Assembly: GCA_017612805.1 (NCBI GenBank)
Contig: JAGAFD010000005.1
Span: 10,130 to 74,129, forward strand
DNA: 64,000 nt
From: Bacilli bacterium
GTDB taxonomy: Bacteria > Bacillota_I > Bacilli_A > RF39 > UBA660
Direction of reading: 5' to 3'
Both the position numbers and the translations under genes were made by a program. The notes beneath the pieces were generated by a model, which saw nothing but the letters and a program-made list of their open reading frames with translations, searched no databases and had not been told where the DNA came from. Positions 57,770-64,000 of the stretch are shown here, piece after piece (within the stretch, counting starts at the first letter, position 1; the number at the start of each line of letters is the position of its first letter).

Positions 57770-57903
57770 TTGACAAATATAGTCTTTTCGATTAGTATAA
57801 ACACTACCAATTCACACAAGGCGAATTGGTGCTAGTATCACACTAGCCAACCCCTTTTTATTCTTTTAGAAGCAGTCTTCAGGGGGCTGCTTCAGTTTTT
57901 TTT
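57770..57903 (+). ncRNA. orphan promoter-to-terminator unit, candidate small RNA (~100 nt)
   Basis: TTGACA (57770-57775), a 17-nt spacer, TAGTAT (57793-57798). Hairpins CCAATTC-N9-GAATTGG and GCTAG-N7-CTAGC. The terminator is GAAGCAGTC-ttcaggg-GGCTGCTTC followed by T8 (57869-57903). No + strand CDS lies downstream. Confidence 0.4.
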
Positions 57904-57905
57904 AA

Positions 57906-57937
57906 ATAAAAGATATCAAGTATTACTTGATATCTTT
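57906..57937 (-). terminator. intrinsic terminator after gtrA-like gene
   Basis: GATATCAAGTA-ata-CTTGATATC followed by UUUUAUUU on the minus strand. Confidence 0.6.
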
Positions 57938-58339
57938 TTTATGTTTAAAAACAATTAATTTAGAAAATACATAATTAGCAATGGTTACTACTACTTGACT
58001 TACTAATTTACCAATAATATCACTTTTTTTAAGCAAGGATACGATAATAAACATGCAACCCATATCCATAAATAAACTTAAGATTCTAGCAAATACAAAT
58101 AAACATATTTCTAGAAAAATATTTTTATTTTTACTTTCAAATACAAATATTCGATTAGTTATATAAGCAAAAGTTACTGCTGCAATCCAACTAATAATAT
58201 TAGCAATTTGTAACTTAATGGCATTATCCGGATCAAGAAAAGTTCTTGTAAGAATAAAGTATGTTACAAAACTAACAACCGTTGTTAATACTCCCACAAT
58301 TAAATATTTAATTATTTCTACAAAATTATTCTTCTTCAT
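57923..58339 (-). CDS. GtrA-family membrane protein
   Basis: 138 aa with four TM helices. The N-terminus reads IIKYLIVGVLTTVVSFVTYFIL. Confidence 0.6.
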   Translation of the reverse strand: MKKNNFVEIIKYLIVGVLTTVVSFVTYFILTRTFLDPDNAIKLQIANIISWIAAVTFAYITNRIFVFESKNKNIFLEICLFVFARILSLFMDMGCMFIIVSLLKKSDIIGKLVSQVVVTIANYVFSKLIVFKHKKDIK

Positions 58340-59402
58340 CAGTAAACAACCTATCTATATCTTTCATTATTTTATTATTATAATCTTTTAAATAATTAAA
58401 TTGATGCGGATGCTTCTTTGCTTTTAAAATACCTTCTTTAATATCTTCATAACCCTTAACATCACTAACGTATTGGGTTAAATGATTAGTAATAAAGATA
58501 TCTAAGCCTAATGCTTTAGCTTCTAAGATAACCATTCCTTGACCTTCATAACGACTTGTTAAAACAAATCCATCCATTTTACTCATTACATTGTATGGAT
58601 TAGTTAATCTTCCTAAGAATGTTACATAATCACTTAATTTAAGTTTATTAACTAAGTTTTCTAAAGGTTTTCTTTCTTCTCCATCACCAATAAAATATAA
58701 GTGATATAATTTATCTTCACTCTTATCTAATAGTTTTTTAAATTCATTAATTAAAATATCAAAACCTTTTTGATAAGTTAGTCTTCCTACTGTTACTAAG
58801 TTATAAGTTTTCTTATTAACTTTAATATCTGTTTTAAGCTTACTTTTAGCTTCTATTTCTTTAGTATCAATATAATTAGGTATTACCATATATTGAGGAT
58901 TATTAGAGCCATTTAAAGCTTTAAATGGGCCAATAACACCATCTGATACCCCAACAAAGGTATCAAAGTATTGATACTTCTTTTTCATACTAATATGATA
59001 AATACGATATTTAAATTCACTATGATATTTTAAATAAACATCATTATGAATCCACATCACTCTTTTTTTAGCTTTAACTTGTAATGTACCCATTGCCGTT
59101 AATGCTTGATAAGAATCAAAATCAATAGCACAATCATACTCTTTATCTAATACTTTTAATTTAAAAATTTTATTAATTAAATTAAAAGGTAAACAATTTA
59201 ATGCTTTATGATAAATTCCCATCTTTAAATAAATAACATTTACATGTTTATTAATGACATTAACAAAGAAAGGATTCTTATTATCAAATAAATATAAATC
59301 TACTTCATATTTTTGATAATCTAAATTATCTAATAAATTAATCAACGACTTTTGAATACCGCCCATTTGTTGATCATAACAGAAAAATGCAATCTTTTTC
59401 AT
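58326..59402 (-). CDS. glycosyltransferase family 4 (GT1-fold)
   Basis: EX7E region YEGQGMVILEAKALGLDIF. Confidence 0.65.
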   Translation of the reverse strand: MKKIAFFCYDQQMGGIQKSLINLLDNLDYQKYEVDLYLFDNKNPFFVNVINKHVNVIYLKMGIYHKALNCLPFNLINKIFKLKVLDKEYDCAIDFDSYQALTAMGTLQVKAKKRVMWIHNDVYLKYHSEFKYRIYHISMKKKYQYFDTFVGVSDGVIGPFKALNGSNNPQYMVIPNYIDTKEIEAKSKLKTDIKVNKKTYNLVTVGRLTYQKGFDILINEFKKLLDKSEDKLYHLYFIGDGEERKPLENLVNKLKLSDYVTFLGRLTNPYNVMSKMDGFVLTSRYEGQGMVILEAKALGLDIFITNHLTQYVSDVKGYEDIKEGILKAKKHPHQFNYLKDYNNKIMKDIDRLFTDEEE

Positions 59403-59875
59403 ATCTTATCAATAAACTCCTCTACCGTATCAATTAATTCTTGATTATCAATCTCTAGTTTTTTAGGATTAAACTTATTAATATTTTTAATCGTATTTCC
59501 TAAATCTGCTATATCATTAACGACTTTAATATAACCGGCTTCTAAAAAATTTTTAGAAATATCTAATTGATGATTATTAACATGTTCATGATATTTTTTT
59601 AAACGTGGTATAGCAATTACTTTTTTACCATATTCTAATCCTTTAAAGATTGATCCTACCCCAGCATGGGTAATTAAAATATCACATTTTTTTACCATTT
59701 CATTTAACTCATCTTCTGGGGCAAAATTAAAGTGTTCAATTAACCCATTATATTCCGTATAACCAGTTTGCATAATCACTTTATCTTTAATCTTTTTTTC
59801 TTTAACTAAACGATCAATTTCATTAATTAAACGTTTAAATGATTTATCTTGGGTTCCAACAGTTACTAAAATCAT
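59399..59875 (-). CDS. Alg13-like glycosyltransferase C-terminal-domain subunit (GT28 C-domain)
   Basis: Reads MILVTVGTQDKSFKRLI...ITHAGVGSI. 158 aa. Confidence 0.6.
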   Translation of the reverse strand: MILVTVGTQDKSFKRLINEIDRLVKEKKIKDKVIMQTGYTEYNGLIEHFNFAPEDELNEMVKKCDILITHAGVGSIFKGLEYGKKVIAIPRLKKYHEHVNNHQLDISKNFLEAGYIKVVNDIADLGNTIKNINKFNPKKLEIDNQELIDTVEEFIDKI

Positions 59876-61572
59876 TTAACACCACCCCTTTTAATTGATT
59901 TAGGATATAATTTTAACATTTCATCCCAACGAACAATAAATAAATCCGCGATTTGATAAATTAAATTACCCGTAGCACTTCTTTTACTAGAGTTAGCTAA
60001 TGTTTCAATAAAGATTGTTTTACTATCAAGCTCTTTTCCTAAACAAAGCATTGGTCCAGCAAAATGGGCTCCTGTTGATACAATTACATCTGGCCATATT
60101 ATTAAATAGATAAATAAACTCTTAAAAGCATTTAATATTAAACGTATTCCATAAATTAAAATATTATGGCGATCAGATCCAAACATTAAATAATAAACAC
60201 GCGGATATTTTTTGACTAAATCAATAGTGGTTTTAGTTTTTTCGGTAACCAAAGTGGTATCATACTTTTTAAATAATGGTTTTAATACTAAAATTTCTGA
60301 TAAATGACCACCATTAGTTGCAATAAAGATTACTCTTTTTTTATGAATATCATTTAAATAATTAAATTCCGTTAATAAAAGTAAGATAATTAATGCCAGA
60401 TAGATATTTACTGCTGGGCTTACTAAAACATGCCCAGAAAGCATTGCTAAAAGCATGCCAAAGCCTAAACTTAAATAACAATTACTAATTGTTAAATTAA
60501 TCTTTTTAAATACCTTTTTAATAACAAATATACCTAAGTAAATAAATGGCATTACATAGATAATTAAACCGACTATTCCCCCACGGTAGAAGATATCACA
60601 TAAATCCATTTCAACTAATCGAACATCATATCTAGTATACCCAATACCAAATAGTTTTTCATCAAGATGACTGTTCTTATAAACTTTATTATTAGCTTTT
60701 AAGAATTCATCACGACCACTACTAATAATATCTTTATCACTTTTATCATCAGTATTATAAGCAAGTAAAGTTTCTTCTTTAATCGCCAAATTTTCATTAA
60801 TACGGTTATGTCTAGTTATAATATTTTGATAAGCTGGTGAAAAATAAGCAAATACTAAAATTGCTACCATAAACCCGAAATATAAAATACGATTCTTTTT
60901 CTTAATTAAACTAACAATCATATAATAAATAGTTGTTAATGAAATACCAATTAAAACGGTTTTAGTTCCAATCATTAAGAAAACAATTGCACTAATCATT
61001 CCCACAATCTTAAAGAAAATACTATTACTAATCTTTTCATACATAAATGGGAATAATAAAACCGCGATTGCACTTATTTCATTAGCAGCATAAAAATAAC
61101 CCATATAGCCAGCTAAATGATATTTAAGAGGATATGTTAAATTACCCGTTCTTGTAATAAGTGCAATGGTTAAAATTAATGCAAATACATAACCATTAAT
61201 ATAAATAACGTTTTTAATACTTCTTTTATCAATACCAATTTCATCATAAAAGTTTAATAATAATACTAATATCGTTGGTAAACTAAACATTTTAAATATA
61301 TTAATAGCTTCTTTAATAAAATTAGTATCTAATTTGGTTAAGAAATATATTCCACCATAAACCATTAATAAAATAAAATAACTAATGGTAAGCATACGAT
61401 ATTTACTATTACTTTTAAATACTACCATGCCAAAAAGCATTAATATAATTAATCCTCTTACCACTATTCCAATTGATATTGGAAATGAAAAATAACGAAC
61501 TTGTAAAGCCGTTAATAAATCAATCAGTGGATATAAAATAAAAAGTGTTGTTACAAATTTATTATTTTTCAT
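59872..61572 (-). CDS. polytopic membrane domain (O-antigen-ligase/polymerase-like) fused to Alg14-like glycosyltransferase subunit
   Basis: About 400 aa with at least 10 TM helices. The C-terminal 150 aa is Alg14-like: VIFIATNGGHLSEILVLKPL...IVSTGAHFAGPMLCLGK. Confidence 0.55.
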   Translation of the reverse strand: MKNNKFVTTLFILYPLIDLLTALQVRYFSFPISIGIVVRGLIILMLFGMVVFKSNSKYRMLTISYFILLMVYGGIYFLTKLDTNFIKEAINIFKMFSLPTILVLLLNFYDEIGIDKRSIKNVIYINGYVFALILTIALITRTGNLTYPLKYHLAGYMGYFYAANEISAIAVLLFPFMYEKISNSIFFKIVGMISAIVFLMIGTKTVLIGISLTTIYYMIVSLIKKKNRILYFGFMVAILVFAYFSPAYQNIITRHNRINENLAIKEETLLAYNTDDKSDKDIISSGRDEFLKANNKVYKNSHLDEKLFGIGYTRYDVRLVEMDLCDIFYRGGIVGLIIYVMPFIYLGIFVIKKVFKKINLTISNCYLSLGFGMLLAMLSGHVLVSPAVNIYLALIILLLLTEFNYLNDIHKKRVIFIATNGGHLSEILVLKPLFKKYDTTLVTEKTKTTIDLVKKYPRVYYLMFGSDRHNILIYGIRLILNAFKSLFIYLIIWPDVIVSTGAHFAGPMLCLGKELDSKTIFIETLANSSKRSATGNLIYQIADLFIVRWDEMLKLYPKSIKRGGVK

Positions 61573-61580
61573 AAAAATCC

Positions 61581-62672
61581 CTATTTCTTTTTTTTAGTTT
61601 TATTTTTCTTAATTGGTTTTTCTACTTTTTCTTTTTTAGTATGTTCAAATAAAATATCGGTTTTCAAAACAATAAATAATAAGATTAACATTAAGCCAAC
61701 ATAAATACCTAATGCTATACGGTTATCCCCTAATACATAGAATATTGATACTGCCGCAAATAAGATATTAATTAAATAGATTATTAATACCGTAGTTCTT
61801 GGTGAAAATTTCATCTTTAATAATTGATGATGGAAATGTTCTTTATCAGCTACTCCAATATTACCATGTTTTAATAATCTTCTTGCAATTGCAAGCGTTG
61901 TATCAAATATTGGAATAATTAAAATAATTAAAGGAATAATTAATGAAGTTAATGTTGCTCCTTTAAATCCTAAAAGGGCAATAATGGCAATAATTAATCC
62001 CAAGAAATAACTTCCTGAATCTCCCAAAAATATTTTAGCTGGTGAGAAATTAAACATCAAGAAACCAAATATAGCGCCAATCATAATTAATGATAAAATA
62101 ACATCTAAACCACCTAAAGTATTTAAAATAAAGGCAATAATAAATATTGTAACGAAGTAAATTAAGGAAATACCACTACATAAGCCATCTAAACCATCAA
62201 TTAAATTAATGGCATTAATAATCGATACAATAAAGAAAATTGTTAATATATAATTTAATGGTGATGGAATTACAAATTGTAACCCAAAAGCCGAAATATC
62301 TGATAAGAATATTTGACCATAAAAAACAATAATACAAGCAGCTAATATTTGAACAATAAATTTATATCGCGCTCTAATACTATTAATATCATCAAAAATA
62401 CCTAATAAAATCATCACAAATGAACTAATTAAAATTGATAACATCTTGGTAGTCATTGGTGCATATAGCATATAACCAACTAAAAATGCCCCAAAAATTG
62501 CTACCCCACCTAAACGTGGCATTGGACTTTTATGAACTTTTCTTTCATTTGGATAATCAATTGCATTAACATGATGTGCAATCTTTATAACAACTGGCAC
62601 TGATAAAAACGAAGTTAAAAAAGTAACCAGTACAATTTCATATATTTTATAGCCATTAACTAATAGATTCAT
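61581..62672 (-). CDS. UDP-sugar:undecaprenyl-phosphate sugar-1-phosphate transferase (MraY/WecA/TagO family)
   Basis: Polytopic membrane protein with AHHVNAIDYPNERKVHKSPMPRLGG and DGLDGLCSGI motifs. Confidence 0.7.
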   Translation of the reverse strand: MNLLVNGYKIYEIVLVTFLTSFLSVPVVIKIAHHVNAIDYPNERKVHKSPMPRLGGVAIFGAFLVGYMLYAPMTTKMLSILISSFVMILLGIFDDINSIRARYKFIVQILAACIIVFYGQIFLSDISAFGLQFVIPSPLNYILTIFFIVSIINAINLIDGLDGLCSGISLIYFVTIFIIAFILNTLGGLDVILSLIMIGAIFGFLMFNFSPAKIFLGDSGSYFLGLIIAIIALLGFKGATLTSLIIPLIILIIPIFDTTLAIARRLLKHGNIGVADKEHFHHQLLKMKFSPRTTVLIIYLINILFAAVSIFYVLGDNRIALGIYVGLMLILLFIVLKTDILFEHTKKEKVEKPIKKNKTKKKK

Positions 62673-62737
62673 ATGACCAATCTCCTATTAATAGTATAAC
62701 CCATTATAAAAAAAAGAAAAAGTCTTTTTAACTTTTT

Positions 62738-63307
62738 CTAACGTTTTTTAAAGATATTTACTAATGATAAAGATTTAACTTCTTCAATCTCTGGAGCAAC
62801 TGTTTTAGGAACATAATCATCAATAATCGTTTCCCTAATACATTCTACTTGATTATATAATTCAGCAGTATTTTCAACATGTTCTGCTTTCTTACCTAAA
62901 TCATTTAATTCAACAATTTTTTTATAATATTTATCTAATACATCTTTAACTAATTCTGTTTCACTTTGTACTCTTAAACGATCTTTTTTAATTAAAGAGA
63001 ATGTTTCAATCGAACGTGCTACAAAATCAAAGAATGGAACACTAGTAATAATTAATGTATCCCCAATTAAACAAGTAATAAAGCCAGGATATTTTAAAAC
63101 AATAATAATAAAAGCGTTAACGGCTGCTATAATTAAAGCAGTATTAAACATATCATCAAGAACCGCATTTTTAAGTCTATTTTCTTTAATACGTTTTTGA
63201 TAATCAGCATGACCATCATTAATAGCTTTAATATCACGACTAAGACTTCTAGTCTTTTCTTGATAATCTAAAACAATACTATTAATATGTTCTTTTAAAT
63301 TATTCAT
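62738..63307 (-). CDS. hypothetical membrane protein
   Basis: 189 aa with central TM helices. Confidence 0.4.
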   Translation of the reverse strand: MNNLKEHINSIVLDYQEKTRSLSRDIKAINDGHADYQKRIKENRLKNAVLDDMFNTALIIAAVNAFIIIVLKYPGFITCLIGDTLIITSVPFFDFVARSIETFSLIKKDRLRVQSETELVKDVLDKYYKKIVELNDLGKKAEHVENTAELYNQVECIRETIIDDYVPKTVAPEIEEVKSLSLVNIFKKR

Positions 63308-63377
63308 AATACCCCTCCTTTAAGCATTAAATTATTATACATCTTTTTTATGAAAATGCAAGAAAAAATGGTTATTA

Positions 63378-64000
63378 CTAACCATTTACTTTCTTAATAA
63401 CTTCCATACCACCCATGTATGGTTGTAATACTTTAGGAATCTTAATAGATCCATCACTTTGATAATTGTTTTCAATTAAAGCAATTAAACCTCTTGGTGT
63501 TGCTACAACGGTATTATTTAAAGTATGGGGATAATAGTTACCTTCTTCGCCTTTAACTCTAATACCTAATCTTCTTGCTTGGGCATCACCTAAAGTTGAA
63601 CAAGAACCAACTTCAAAGTATTTTTGTTGTCTTGGACTCCAAGCTTCAATATCACATGATTTAACTTTTAAATCAGCTAAATCACCAGAACAACATTCAA
63701 GTTGTCTTACTGGAATATCAAAATTTCTAAATATTTCAACAGTTAATTTCCACATTTTGTTATACCATTCCATAGAATCTTTTGGTTCACAAATAACAAT
63801 CATTTCTTGTTTTTCAAATTGATGAACACGGTATAGACCTCTTTCTTCTAATCCGTGAGATCCCCCCTCTTTTCTAAAACATGGTGAATAACTTGTCATA
63901 TTAATAGGAAGTTCATCTTTTTTTAACATTTGACCTTTAAATTTACCAATCATTGAATGTTCAGATGTACCAATTAAGTATAGATCTTCGCCTTCAATTT
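63378..64000 (-). CDS. serS: seryl-tRNA synthetase, C-terminal part (5' end beyond window)
   Basis: Class II motifs YSPCFRKEGGSHG...GLYRVHQFEK...KYFEVGSCSTLGDAQARRLGIR...TLNNTVVATPRGLIALIENN. The frame stays open through 64000. Confidence 0.75.
   Translation of the reverse strand, partial: IEGEDLYLIGTSEHSMIGKFKGQMLKKDELPINMTSYSPCFRKEGGSHGLEERGLYRVHQFEKQEMIVICEPKDSMEWYNKMWKLTVEIFRNFDIPVRQLECCSGDLADLKVKSCDIEAWSPRQQKYFEVGSCSTLGDAQARRLGIRVKGEEGNYYPHTLNNTVVATPRGLIALIENNYQSDGSIKIPKVLQPYMGGMEVIKKVNG

Noticed and set aside
57805-57903. Possibility that the orphan transcript is the SRP (4.5S/scRNA) RNA
   Set aside because: GAAGCAGCC is present on the opposite strand, but the conserved domain-IV features (GGAA tetraloop, AGG/GGAA symmetric loop context) are absent. 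There is not enough support.
1-64000. CRISPR arrays, rRNA genes, IS elements or transposases
   Set aside because: I saw no regularly spaced direct repeats, no rRNA-like GC-rich conserved blocks and no transposase-like ORFs.

Overview
This window comes from a very AT-rich, standard-code genome that looks like an endospore-forming low-GC Firmicute. I infer spore formation from a gerA-type germination operon, a SpoIIP homologue and Bacillus-like synteny: rpsT next to spoIIP, yqeG next to yqeH, and mutL near miaA. I cannot name a species from sequence alone.

Most genes lie on the minus strand. Core content includes leuS (5' part, preceded by a T-box leader with a Leu CUU specifier), a GH31 glycosidase, deoD, PAP2, MscS and a long array of housecleaning enzymes (HD, NUDIX, FkbM, GNAT, MNT-like). 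It continues with rlmD, gerA-C-B, spoIIP, rpsT, miaA, a LOG-family gene, mutL, yqeH/yqeG and tRNA-Arg(TCT). There is also a phospholipid cluster (flippase-like, psd, pssA, LtaS-like), recG, a cell-wall polysaccharide cluster and the serS 3' part.

The region I consider accessory or defence-like spans about 40.9-49.7 kb. It contains a DinD homologue and an XRE membrane regulator, then a HigB-like toxin next to an HTH-COG2856 (ImmA/IrrE) antitoxin-like gene. A tight 3-gene operon follows (MazG-like, Zn-ribbon/DUF4145-like, DUF2075-type PD-(D/E)xK nuclease plus SF1 ATPase), then a standalone Mrr-cat nuclease, a NERD plus topoisomerase zinc-finger protein and a membrane protein.

Five other things stand out. 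There is a tandem pair of paralogous genes that each carry an internal duplication (four copies of a GPWE-containing module). A consensus promoter, about 95 nt of hairpins and an intrinsic terminator form a leader in front of a kinase-like gene. An orphan promoter-to-terminator unit looks like a small RNA. Twin palindromic operators sit in an XRE promoter. An Alg13/Alg14-like split glycosyltransferase has its Alg14 half fused to a polytopic membrane domain.

I saw no rRNA, CRISPR array, integrase or transposase. All calls rest on reading the sequence and the translated ORFs. I ran no database searches.
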